Positions 46,187 through 60,200 of a stretch of DNA of 64,000 bases are shown in pieces. Origin of the DNA: Stylophora pistillata (Eukaryota); NCBI RefSeq assembly GCF_002571385.2, contig NW_019217953.1, positions 160,066 to 224,065 of the forward strand. Direction: 5' to 3'. The notes under the pieces were generated by a model. That model had not been told where the DNA came from, made no database searches, and saw nothing but the letters and a program-made list of their open reading frames with translations. Position 1 is the stretch's first letter; the number at the start of each line of letters is the position of its first letter. Position numbers and translations under genes: made by a program.

Positions 46187-48220
46187 ATATGCATACCATG
46201 ATGCATTGCAAAAGATACTCGCCTCAATCTCCATCTCCCATAAATAGGTCCGCACCACGTAAAATAACATTCCTCGAAGTTTGAATATGTAAAAATGAAC
46301 AAGTCTTAGACGCACACTATGAAATTAAAAAAGAATGTAAGTATTCCGAACAAAGAGTAGATTTAAAAGAATAATTTGGATTATCAACAAAGTTGAAATG
46401 ATAAATTGGCCACCGTAACGATTATAAAGAATGATTGCAAGAGATGCAAAGAATGATGCAAGGAATGGTTGCAAGAGATGCAAAGATGTGATGCTTGAAA
46501 AAAATTCAGGCTTAAAAGGGGCTCAAAACTGTCTTCTGGGCCAGATGCCGTTTGAGCTCTTCAACATGCCACCAAGGTAAGACGGCAAATGCGTGGGAAG
46601 CAGGACGAATTTGTACATGTTTTTCGAAGTATTTTTCCATTCCCATGATCTCAAGACAAACAATTGTGGCGGCAAGAGATTGTAAACAGTTTATATTCTC
46701 TTGATGACGTTGATACCTTTTAAAAGAGCTGATTACTGAAAAGTCTGTATTAGTACATATATGAGTGCCCCCCAATTGAGTTGGGGGGGAGCTGAAAATG
46801 TTTAGGGGGGCTTTTGACCGGAGCGTTCGTGGGAATAGGGTTCCGTAAAAAGTCACTCGGAAAGAAGAATTTTACGAGTTATCATTTTTGTCTCGAAATG
46901 TTTCTCAGCTCACCTTTCGTTGATAACCTACATCACTTAAAAGTCAAACTGCAATCCTCGGCAAAATTCTTAGGAAACACACGAAAAAATTATTGAAAAT
47001 GAACTGTCAAGACAAATGGTCTCCACCCCCCCCCCTTCCCTCTGTAATGTTGATAAGAAACCTGAACTGCAGTTGTTTTTCATATTTCTTGGGGGCAGTA
47101 GGTGGGGGGAGGGGTAACCTTGAAACACCCACATTGAAAGGGATTGGAATAACATACATATTTCACACAAGTATTTGGATACAACAATGATCGAACGATT
47201 CTTAACTACTTTAATTTTGACAAGAGTTATGTAGCGGGTACAGGATTTTAAGAGTACAGTTTGTTCTGTCGCACAGCTTGAAGGAGGGCTCATGAAAACT
47301 TAATGGAAGCTTCATACGAGAGGTTTATTAGAGAGGATGGGTTAATTACATAATATTTCTTCTTCTTCTTCTTCACCAGGAAAAAGCAGCTGGTCAATTA
47401 ATTTTCTGCAAATAAATTAGGTTGACATGATAAATCATCTATTAAGGTCGCAATTTTTTTTTTAAGTTTGTCGATGTTCACTAAGAAACTGCCAAACTGA
47501 CTTTGCTCACTTAGACTTAAAACGGTTTTTACCACAAAATTGATAAAAATCTAACTTCGATTTTCGATCTTTTTAGAATCGGAACGCTTTACACAGCCAG
47601 ATCATTAAATGATTTATACATTCATCCTAGATCTTTCTTTAATAGGCCACCCGAAGTGTCCAAGTTAACCAGAGAACGGGGAGCTTTTTTTGTCTCAATT
47701 TAAAATAGACAATTCCGTTCCTTGGTAACCAATCATCATTCAATTAATTTTTTAACTGTGTAATTTACCTTGTATAGCTGTTAACAAAACCTTTGGTTTT
47801 ATTAGGATACGAGCTTTGTTATGCAGCTGTATTGGTAGAACTCCGTTTCACGAGTTTCATTCAAAGCTACTGTAAAAAGAATCGGTCATTTTTTCGTTGT
47901 ACTTTAAGAACCAAAAGATGAAACTGAACAATTTCCTGAATATCGCCGAATTTTTTTCAGTTTGTTTATACAAGCGTGAACGGCCAGGGGATTTGCATAT
48001 CTGTTGTTGACTCTCCTTTGAAATTCAAATTTATAGTTAGTGCCAAGTGTCAGATTCACCCAATAGGAGGCCAAAGACAGCCTTCTTACAACTCAAGCCT
48101 TGAACATCTCTCCAAGCGAAGATCTGTCCGCTAGAGCAGTGGACAGGTGGAAGTGTAATATATTTCGAGAAAATTTTCTTCATGGTTTAAAACGCGCTTT
48201 TTCTCAGAACTTAACTAAAG

Positions 48221-51200
48221 ATGATTGCGGGTATCTTCTCGATCTGGGGAATTTATCTCCTTTTTTCTTGTTTCTTGACTCTATTCTTCACCGGAAGACC
48301 TATCGCATGTAAGTATAAAAGGATAATTCTGTTTTTGTATCTATGCTTAATCCTCGATGGACATTAGGGAAATTTTGTATTAATCCTTGACCGCAATTTA
48401 TCGAAATTTTACAGCCGCAGATGCCATTTCTCGCCGGTTTTTTATTGCTACAACAATCCAGAAATTACGAATTACGGTCAAAGAAAATACGAAAAAGATT
48501 GCGATGTAATAAATCTTGGTCCGTTGGCGAACGATCTACTTCAGAAGCGAGTCTGAAAAATTTCTTAGACGCTGAACTGCGAGTCCTATATATAACTAGT
48601 TTCTCTGACAAAACTTTTTGAATTCAACATGAAATTTTAATTTTCCGTTATCAGAAGTCTGGAACAAGAATAAGCCTTGTCGAATTTTTTATTATACATC
48701 CAACAGATGTTTTTGTTTTACGATTGAAAAATATTTAGCTTCCTTAGAAAATGAAGGAATATTCCATACCACCAGCATGAAATCTTCGTTTCCAAAAGAC
48801 GCTACTTCTTCCGTGATGAAATATCGTTTCTAAAAAAGCACAAGCATTTCGCGAAGTTTGTATCTCAGTTTTTAAGGTTTCTAGTCGACGTGCAGCGCTA
48901 ATTTCGGAGGAGGGGGAAATACTGCATAATCGCCCGTGACTTAGTATAATTTTCCGTTGTTATACATTATTAACGAGCGAAAGGCGAAGAGTCCCCGGTG
49001 TGTAGTATATTTTTAAATCCGAAAAGATTACGTTTATGCAGTCTCTGAAAAGCTAGCTTGAGACTGAATCTGATGCTAAAAGATTAACAATCTCATTTAT
49101 TCTGTATGAGTATAATATGGCAATTTTCTTAAAACAGAGGACTGCCTTGCGACACCTTTATACACAAAAGAAATTGGTTGATTGAAAATTTTCAAGCGGA
49201 ACCAAATCATATTGATGAAAGTTTCCCGTATTTTATGATACTTGGCTTTGAAATAAACTTAAATAGCCATGTTCTTCTGTAAGCCACTATCATCAGATAT
49301 CTTTACTTATAGACAGATCAGCGTTTGTAATGTAAAGTTTGAAGAAATCATAAAATAGTGTGAATTGACGAGCTCCCTTCAACACTACTAGCGTTCGCGA
49401 ATATGTTCGGGATTCATAGGCCCTTTCTTTTCCTGCATGTAAAGCTCCATATTTTGTATGATTTTTTCGATGCCATTTATCTTAGTCAATCAGCGGGGGT
49501 TTTGAAATGGGTGTCTTTCCCTGTCGGTCATGAACTCTGTCTAAATAAACTAAGAAGAAGGTTGCGATTACAGTATGCTTAATTCGCAACAGAACGTTGT
49601 TCAAATCCTCTCTAGAACCGAGATTAGCTGGTATATATTTTTTCGATGCTAATATTTGGTTCTGTGCAGCTTTTTTGAAAACGCTTAAAGTTCTGATAGA
49701 CGTGACTTAAAAATCGTCGTAATTAACCGAAAACGGCCGAGTAATGAACATGGTGGAATCAAACTCTGAAAGACTGCGTTTGCCTGAAATGAGAATTACA
49801 TGGAGAGAAATTTGTGGACGCCATGCATTTCTACGCCGACAACATTTCGTCATGAGGATGGGCAAAATTACTAATTTTACCTTGGAATAAAGTAAAATAG
49901 CTATTTGTCTCTATAGTCAAGAAACAATAAACTATTTCAGAGACAAAAAGAGGATGGGGACTTTGCTGTTCGGATTAGCCATGAAAATTACAACGACTCT
50001 AACTTGAGAAAGAAGAAAGGATATTTATCAGGCCTAGCTAAAATTCTGCTAAGTCATGTTCAAATTTCAGCTTACAATGTAACGTAAATGAGACAGAGAA
50101 ATTTTCCAAAGGGATTTGTTAATAATAGGTGTGAAAAAAGACTTTCAATTCTTATATGGGAGTATAAACCCGGTTGGTGAGAATTTCTGCGCCGATTGGC
50201 AAAACCTTACCAGTTTCAAATGTTTGTTTCAATGTTTGCCTTAATGTACTCTCTTGTCAAAATGTCCCTCGATAACGGAACATGCGGGTCACTTTGGGGA
50301 AATTATCTTGAAAGGTTTGGCAGGTGATTTTAATCCCTTAGACTGATTTTTTCTCTTTCAAATTAGTACAAAGTATCTCCACATCATTTTTACATGGTGT
50401 CAGAACTCCTCCTCCTCAGCTACTGTTCTACTATTAATTTAGGTTGCCATAGGAATGAGGCTGTTTAAGTTAAAGTAGTCATGCTCCGTTGAGTCAATAG
50501 TGGTTCCCAGGTAATGGTTTTCATCTCAAATTAAAAGGATAAACAGAGGTAATAAATAAAAATCAATCCTTTTCATGAAGTACTTCTAAATGAGCCCATT
50601 TATTGACCGATAACTATATTTTTTTTATCACCTGGGGGCAGGGAGGGGAGGGGGGGAAGAGGGGTTAAAGGATTTTGGTCGTGTCGTGAGAAAATTACCT
50701 GATCCTCCATTAGTTTCTGTGAAATTATTATGACCTCCCTCACTGGCAGGTAATTGGGATTCAACTTTCTATAGTTCCCCCGAAAAACTCTACTGGTAAC
50801 GACTAATACCCCTTCCATTCCCCTTGAAAACCATGTGATCCCCCCCTAAAATCCTTCGAGCCCTCTCCCTCCCACCTTTGGACCATAGATACTGACTGGT
50901 CTCTATATTCATGAGCGAGGATGTCTCACCATGGGGAAAACTTGACTCGGCTCAGGCAAATGGCTGGCGAGTGAACTTTCATCGATACCTTTGTCTCTTT
51001 CGATTGACGAGGATAAAAATAAATCGTCAAAGCTTCGATAAGTTTAATGTTAAGAGATTGACTTCAGTCTATATTTGGCTCACGGCAATTCACTTATAAA
51101 ATGTGCAGGTGTTTTTAATGGTTCCCATTGAATGCGCTTCCCTGCTTTCCCCTTTCCCCTTGCCTCCCCCTGCCCCACCTTAATTACTCCCGTGTAAAAT

Positions 51201-54200
51201 TTTCCATAAAATATAGTGTTAATGACAACACACTTAGTCATTATCAAGCAGTTCGTTTTTCTTTTCCTCTCCCTTTTCGAATTAGGCTAAGAGGTATTAT
51301 TTTAATCATTAACTCAACAGAGTTATTCTTTTTTGAAATTGTTTCATAGATGCAGCTTGCAGCAGCGGATTCCAAGAAGACTGTAATGATGATGGCGAAA
51401 TGCATCATATTGTTAGACGGGCCATATCATATGTAAATAATAATAATTCTTATAAAACTGACAATCGTATCTTTAGTAATAACGAGAGATTTCTATAACG
51501 CCATATCCATGAGCTCATGGCGCCTGGATCATGGTATTTGAATGAGAAGATGCTTATTCATACAAATACAAGTTTGCAGTAATTGTTCCTTCTAAGAAAA
51601 AAAAATATCGGGATTATTGACCATGCACAAGTTAAAAGATCTGCACTGAAATAGTCCAAAATTAAAACGTTTAACTTGAATTTTGAAAATAAAAATGATC
51701 ATGTTGTTTAAAAGACTGGCAGCAGAGCAGTCGAAAGGTTGGGATCTTTAATTAGTAGTTTAACTTCACAACTGATGGTAACTCTAAAACGGGAAACAAA
51801 AAATTAACTTTTCACCTATAATTATCACTCATGTTTTTCAGCCTTCGTCTGTCTCCAAGTCACTCAAAGCAGACTTCAGCCCAGTGATCCACAATATCAC
51901 CTATTACAACACAGGCGACAAGATTCAGTTCACCCTTAACCTGACTCACAACCAATCAGTAACTGCTGACCTTAAAACCCAACTTAAAGTCGTTCTTTGG
52001 TCCCAGTTTCTGGAACCTGAGCAGAACTCTCTGGTCGGAGGTGTCACGGGGGCCGCGTACAATTCAAGTGCAATTTCTTTCGACATTTCAGGGTTAGCAA
52101 GTGCAGAAACGGTGTCCGTCGCTTTCAACGCTACTGTTAAAAGCTCGATTCAACCTTTGGCGAATCTCTTCTTCTCTGTGTTAGTCACAGGTAACGGCGT
52201 CAGTGGTAGTAATTACCACTATGGCCCGGCCTCCTCTCAACCAACCCTATATGCTGTTTTTCCGACTGTGTCGCTGTCAAGGATTGACTATTCGTGTAAG
52301 TATCAATGGTTTTCCCTCAGAGATTCGTGAATTGACTGTGCAAGATAGTTCACTTTACTGAATCACTATTCACCGAAGTAGAGGTGAACAACTTTCACCG
52401 ACATTGGGATGAATCATCGACGGTTTTAAGTACATGCCACACGGAAAAAAACCTATGAGGTATATACTTGATTGCAAAAACGTTGACCCTAAAAAGACGT
52501 AGGCAATGACCTGACTGCTTTGTGGGTACACGTGTACATGAGTTACACTTGGTAAACGATAGAAGCCATCCATGCTATCCTGAAAGAAAAGAATTGTCAA
52601 AAACAAAGTATGTAAGGAATAATGAAAGTAATGTAATGAAGCATTGATGGTGTAACTATGCTCATATTCCCATGAGTCCATAGGGTCTCTTCGTTCATGA
52701 GTCATGCCTTCCAGGTGTCAACGTTTTTGCAATCGAGTGTATACCAAATATAAATATACATTTTGCTCTGCTTTCATTTTGAAAAATGTCCTCAGACTCT
52801 TTATCAGATACATTTGACCGACTGATTTGATGAATTTACCTGCCCAGGAAACATGTGAATTTGTAGATTTGTGGCTCAATATATCGCAAAGTTCAGCCCT
52901 ATCGTTCGTCTTGCAGATCTTTCCCTCCAATACAACTACCTACAGACCTAATGTTTTCTTTTGAAATGACTTGCAGACTTGTGGGTGGGCAATACGACAG
53001 GTTATAGCATGACCATTACCATGCCCAATCTGGACTTTTCCCTGCTCGTCGAGATAACGACCAACATCAACGACTTCTCCTTCATGGAGCTGCACAATGT
53101 ACAGGTCAAGGACGTTGGAACCAACATTAAAACTACAGCTGGACAAATTGTCCCACATCCTACAGCTTCGTATGACTCCAGCGAGGAAGTGCCTTTTCAC
53201 GACCGCGCTGTTCTAGATTTTGGTAATTTAACTGTAAGTGAAAAAGACTTTCTATGAGATAGAAATTTAACAATTGGTCGCCTCAGGTTTAGTGAATATC
53301 GCTAAATAATCCCCTCGACTTCGCCGGGGGAGACTATTCAACAATATTCACTGAGCCTGATGCGAATAGTTTCCAAAATAGCATACCTAGCTAACGAATC
53401 TCACGTCTGAAATATATATTTTTAAAGTTTTGTTGTAAATACCACCTACGTTCAATTACAAATTGAAATTTTCAGCTCACAATTAAGGATTAACTCGTTT
53501 AAGTCCTCTCTGTACACGTAATTTCCCACTCTCTGACGAGGTCGACGAGAACAAATGAGGTAATTAGGGATGAATTTTTCTGACCTTTTAAGCAAAAACC
53601 GTTTTCGAACCGTTAAGCCAGTGACGATCGTGCGTTTCCAGTTCGGGCTCCAAGAGTATTCGCTTTTTTACACCTTTCTCGAAGTAGCGCTCGTGTGCAT
53701 CTTACTTCCGTTTGGAGCACATTTCAAGGAAAATAACTCAGAGAGATAATGAGAACTCGCGGGAAATTTGAATGGCCAAGTCATAATTGCTTTTTGACAC
53801 TGATTGGCTGAGAAGGTATTTATTTTATTTATTTTTTTTAACAATTTGCCAACGGCAGGTAAATTTACAATAGGACAAGGTTGTCCCTTACAAGGTAAAT
53901 TACCTTACCCTATCCCCCAAAAGCAGACAAAATTGAAACCAAACCCACTTACAAGCTCCCATGCTAAAAAAAAAAAAGAATAAGAGAAACAGTTGTTTAA
54001 CATGTACAAGAATTAAAAGCATTGAAACGACGACATTTTACACAAACTAATTTAAAGGAACGGACGTCGTCTTGATTGAAAGTCTTAGAAAAAAATGGAT
54101 TTTAGTTTTTTGACGAAAGACGGTAGCAAAATACTTTATTCCCGAAAAGCCACAAAGCTTATTAATACAAAACCACAGTAACCCCAGATTACGTTTAAAA

Positions 54201-57200
54201 CTCTATTAACCTCCGCTCTACCATCTGTCTCCTTGAAGGTCACCGGCAACGATGCGTCCAAGAACAAAATCGTTATAGATTTCAATGTGACCATAAGAGA
54301 TCGTCCCCAGCTGGCCAATAACTCTAAACATTGGGTAGGCGCAGGCATGCGCAGTGGATATCAGATGCTGTGGGTTGGACAAGAGGCTCTGTTTGTGTAC
54401 AAGGTGCGTAAGTACAAAATGTATTTTTTAAGAATAGCTGGTAATATGTATGCGCTATTGCCCAAGCGTGAGGTCAAGATGGCTGGACATTGGCCAAGTT
54501 CTTTTTTTTGAGTTTTGATGGACTGGGATCAAAATTTGTCTGCTCAGTTGGCCTTTGAAAACACAAGATTCGCTTCATCTTGCTCACGGGCGCTACTAGC
54601 CATTTAAAAACATGCCCTATACCATATCTGTAATATATGAAATTAGTTGCGAAAGAGTTCATCTCGATGTCTAGCTACTTTTTTCTTGACAAAATACAAG
54701 AAAAATATTTTCTTTAGCGACTCTCTAAGTTATTGATAGTAGCGTTTCTCTTTTCCCCATCGTAACTTCCACGAGCAGAGTGAGCCATCGTTAACGGCCG
54801 AATTCACAACCATCAACGACACTACCAGCAATCGATACCTGATCGGAGACAAACTGTCCGTTACCTGGGTTGTGAAACACTTGGAGAACACGTCTTACGA
54901 AGACGCCAAAAACGTGCGAATATCATTCCATTCCAACACTCTGAAAATTTTACAAAGTGTCTACTACAATGAGTCAGCAAACACGAGCTTACCACTGACC
55001 AGAATAGATGACTTTCATTCGAGTGGAGACACCTTCTTGATCCTTCAACAAGGTTTGTAAAAAAAATAAAAGGTCGAAGTCAGTTGATTACAGTGTTTCA
55101 GAATTACAGTTTGTTGATATCATTAATAAATTTTCGGTGCTCTATTTCTTCCAACTTTATTATATTGAAAGAATTGAGGTGCGCGCTCACTATTTTTGAA
55201 TAATGGGCAGATCTTCAACTAGAATTGTAGGAGGTAAACCAAGTGGAAGGTGTTCTAATCATCGACGAATGTGGTGTTTCTAAACAGCGTCTTGTAAAGA
55301 CTTCCAAGTACACTCCAATAATATGAGTTGAACGTAGAAACTCTCCGAGACCCTTGGCGAAATTTGTTTAACACGTACGTCCAAGAAAACCGTATTTTAT
55401 TCGCGAACTTCGCGCTTAACGAACTCTCTCTAAATAGAGATCATTTGACACGTAACATCAATAATCCAGGAGACGCGATATATTTCTAATAGTCACGCGC
55501 AGCTGAAATTCTCAATAGCACAACCCTACAAAAAGTAAAGCTATGCGCAAATAACACATTAGGCACGACAGGTCTCATATTGTATATTGCATGGTTGCGG
55601 TTAGTTTACTTAACACCCACGTCTTTTAGGCCAGGAGATTACCGGAAAACTTGACCTGGAAGTCAGTGACAAAATCTCTCCTCTGGAGACCCTGGACATT
55701 TTCATGCAGCTTAAATACGAGAACATGAGAGGAGTTGAAAAGCTCAATACCAGTCACCAGCCTTCGCCAGCTTACGTGGCCGGGGTCCCAGGCTTCTCTT
55801 TGAAACTGAGCAACTCATCTAATCAGATACGCATTGGTGGCCGCGCCAAATTCAAGTTCACCATCCTGATGAGAAAAATGAAATCCACTTTGAAAGTAGA
55901 GGTAAATGATCCCTTAGTTTAAGCTGTTAATGAGAGAAACATTTCTATAACACCTTAATTCTGGAAGAAGCAACGACTTTTAGCATTCTGACTTTTTTCA
56001 AGACAGAGTAAAGCAAAAGTTCTGATAAGGATTAACGCCATCCATGTTGAGATTAATGCTGATAGTAATAAGAGACCGTCCCACACTGATTCACCGTGGT
56101 CACATTGATTTTTTTCCTTGACAAAACGTTACAATGGCTTCTCTTTCTTACTAGCTGAAATGAAGCTTTTCACTAACATTCTATCCACTCAGGGCATTTG
56201 GAATATCCAAAAACATAATTAGACAAACACATAAACTATCCAGTTATGGTCACGCACAAACCTGCGCTGAGAGGCATCTATACCAACTCACTATGATAAG
56301 TTTTCTGGAGCGCATCAAAGAAATTGATTCGTAGAACTGAGGGAAGAAAGTAATTCTACATTGAGCAAGTAAAAAGACTGGAAGACTGGGATCGATGGCC
56401 GTCCTTCCTAGTCACCCTTGGTCTTGCTTTCTAACCTTAATCACCCATTTTAGTTAGTGCGCTCACCGCTTTTTCTTTCGGTGACGACAGCCTACGATGA
56501 GGTATTGTTAGCCCACGACACTCTTCATCACTCGCCATTCTCTACCGCAATGCCAAGAGAATCTGTTATACTGTTGCAGGTCATCCTCCCTGTGAACGGG
56601 ACCTCAATCATGTCTTTGGTTTCACTTGAAGTCAAAAGTGTGGGGAATAATATCGCAAACAACAACAACCTTAGCAAGGTGAAGGCAGTTCTCAACTCAA
56701 CCGTTGGAGACCCGAAGCTTCACGACCGTGGTTCGATCGATTTCGGTGAGGTCGCGAATATTGCCGGGGACTTAGACGCTCCCGAAAATAAGATCGAGAT
56801 TGAGTTTGAAATCGTTGTGAACGACCACGCCAACGTGACAAATGGCTCCAAGCACTGGGTAGGGGTTGGGGTGCGAGGTGGCAAACGCATGATGTGGATT
56901 GGTGATGTGGCGCTCATTGCTGATGTCCCTCAAGACAGAAGACCAATATTACAGGTTGAAGCTTCTTGCGTTCTGCCAAATTCAAATTTGACTTGCAAAG
57001 ATTCGACAACTTTGGATAAAAGGTAATTTAGATGACTGATTTATGTGGTAAGAGTTTTTCTTCTGATCTTTAGTATGTAGCTTTTGTTATTTTCGCTGCT
57101 TGTATAATAAGCAAAAAATCGTACCGCGCAAGCAAATGTTCCACTTCCGCTCTGATTGACGTTAAACTGATAATGTATCCAATGTGTATCCAATCTGGTT

Positions 57201-60200
57201 TAAAAGGACTGGAGGGGTTCCACCGAACATTATAAGCTACTATCAGGTAGTACCCGTGCGCCCCCACCCCCCGCGCTTTTATTGAAAAAATGAATCAGAA
57301 GAGCGGTGGTCAGATCATAAGATGAAATGCTAATTGATTTGTGAATTTGAATAATAATTAAGTTGCTGTTCTTTCACCAAAGGTGTAGATTGAAATATTT
57401 TCTAGAACGGTCAGTCGCTCGCTTTAGGGCAGTCGGTTGTTCTGGAAAATGATGCGTTTCTTTCGTGAATTTAAATGACCCGGCTGTAATGATTCCAAGA
57501 TCGATCGGTCGCTTGTTATGCTATCAATTGTCCTTTGAAACCAACTTTCAAACTTCAACTTCAACTTCAACTTTATCGTAATCAGACATGACATGACACT
57601 TAGCATAATGACGCACTACCCCCAAATAGCAGAGCTAGTCTCGGCGGCCAGTGTGTGGACACTAAAACAGCTTAATTAAAATTAGGCTCAACAAAAGATT
57701 CAATAAATATGCAAGAAGCAGAAATTGAATATTAAATCAGTAAAGCAGAAATGACAGTATGAGGGGGGGATTGGTCCTCAGACCCCATGGGACAACGCTC
57801 TGGCGCCAACACTATTCTACACTAAGTGCAAATCAGGGGCCCAGTTGTTCAAAGGCCGATTAGCACTAACCCAGGGTTAAATTTTAATCAAGGTTTCTAA
57901 ATTTCACTGACCAAAAGCCGTTTTGGGATAATTTTCCTAATTCTTTCTAGGAAATTCAATCATCAAATTGTAGACAAGTGAATTAAACTGAATTTTCTTT
58001 TAGAGCTTTTAGATCTGAAATCAAATCTCAGACTAACCCTGGGTTACAATGAATATATGAAGTAACCCTGGGTTATCTTAATCCAGCTTTGAACAACCCG
58101 GCCCAGATCGCTGCGCACGGTCTGTAATTCACGACCTCGAACCAAATATTTATCGTCCGGCCCTCCAGTCCCACTCGATAAATCGGCACGTCGTATTTCA
58201 GTTCATCTTACTTCGTTGGAAAAAGTTCACCTTCGCCCAGATTAATCTGTTAACGAAGGTATACATGATCTTCGAACCCTGCCAGCTTCGAGACTGTAAT
58301 GGGGGATTTTATCGAGCTTTTTCTTATAAGCAAGCAAAAAAAATTACCTTAGCTTGACAGGAAAGTCAAAGCTATTCAGACTATTCGCATAAAATTTTGT
58401 GGAGATTTTTCTCCTGTACGTAGCGAACACTGTATCATCAGAAATGAAAATCTACCTTTTCGCTTGTATCAAACGGCGCTCTTGATTTCAAAAAGAAAAT
58501 CAAACCTTGGTCTACATTGACTTTTAATGTGGTTGACTTATGAATGGACAAGATGATTCAAAATTTCTGAATTGCTTTCAGCTCTAAAGTTTATTTCCGT
58601 GGAATAGTGTCTCATCATGAAGACTCACAGCAATATGCAGAAAATGTTAAAGTGTTCTGGATGCTGCCACCTTATGTTAGCTATTCCAAAGAAAATTACA
58701 GTTCTGGAATTAGCTACGACGAAACCCAACAAGGCCCCAAGTTTAGCGTGAGTAGCTTAATAGATAAAAATATTTTTAATTCGAAAGCATGCCACGAGAG
58801 TGTCAAAATAATAATAATAAAAAAACCAGTGGTGGAGGGTATACTTGTAGGTAGGCAAGACTGACGAACAGATATACAGATAGACACAGGCCGGCCGACA
58901 GACAGACAGACAAACGAACTGATACACAGACCCATGGATAAATGGATAGAGACACGTGCAGAGTCAAGTGGACACACAGATAAACCGACCGAAAGGAAGA
59001 CTGACACGACGTACATTAATTGACTGAATTACGGAAGGAAAAGCAGACAGACAGCAGGACCAAGTTAATCAGGCTGTGAAGAACCTTGGGTACTAAGAAT
59101 CCAAGAAAAATGATTGGATGGCCTGCAAAGAACAGAATAACTGACGAACAGGACAATCACCTGATGACTGGGAGAACGAACAATAAACAAGACTGACATA
59201 AACGATTTTAGAGATACGCAAAACCTCTGTTTTTAGGGCTAGAGAAGCTTGTGTGGCATCTTACAAACTACTTATTCACGACATTTACACCACAAACAAA
59301 CCGAACAGTAGGACCTAACATTACCGACGCATCGAAACTGACCAATCACCACTGACGTACGCCACTTGAGTCTTATAGTCAATAAAATTACGGCTGATCT
59401 AACCCTGACCAATCACTTTACACGAACCAAAATTATAACACACGACTAACAACAACCCTTCGCTTGACTCCTACAATGACTTCCGCTCAGGTTGTCGAAA
59501 CGTCAGTCACCTCTATCAACCACCCAGGCCTTCTCAGGACTACCCTCACCTGGTCGATCAGGCTATACGATCTCGTGTTAACCCCCGGTTTAAACCAATT
59601 ACCATAAAACTCGTTTTCTTAGAAAGGTTTTGGACTTGGGCCCCGTTCAGGAAATGATTAACGAAGTCAACGAACGGACAAACGGAAATGAAACACAATC
59701 CAAATACGCATGTCACAACATTCCTTCCAGCTACTACTCCCCCCTCTCCCCTTCAGAATTTGAGAAACCGTCTAGTAGATTACTATGTATAATCAACGCA
59801 CCTCGATCTGTTTCCTCACGGTAGCCCTACCAATGAACATTCTGCAACGAGCGACGCGGGGATCAATTAAAGCGGTATCTGTCAATGTTGAAAGTCATTG
59901 ATTTCCTCGCATGATCTATTTCTAGTTCCTGGACAAGAAGCTGCATTTCTTGGACCGTTTGTCGTTCTCAGTCGAGGGGACGCTGGATCCAAAAGGAGTC
60001 ATGCCCCCGGGTGATACTTACGCTGTGTCGCCGATACAACTGACATACAGCCCCTACAGTGTGTCAGCGGTGTACGGAGCTCCACTTGTACCAGTCTCTT
60101 TTAAGTTCAAGTCGCCAGGTAAGATAGTAAAATATTCCACTTAATTTGAAACTTCACGAGCGTTAAGAGACGGTAAACACATCTAGCCAATCACGAAATT

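Noticed and set aside
53533-53555. CTGACGAG hammerhead-like core
   Set aside because: No GAAA or closing stems follow.
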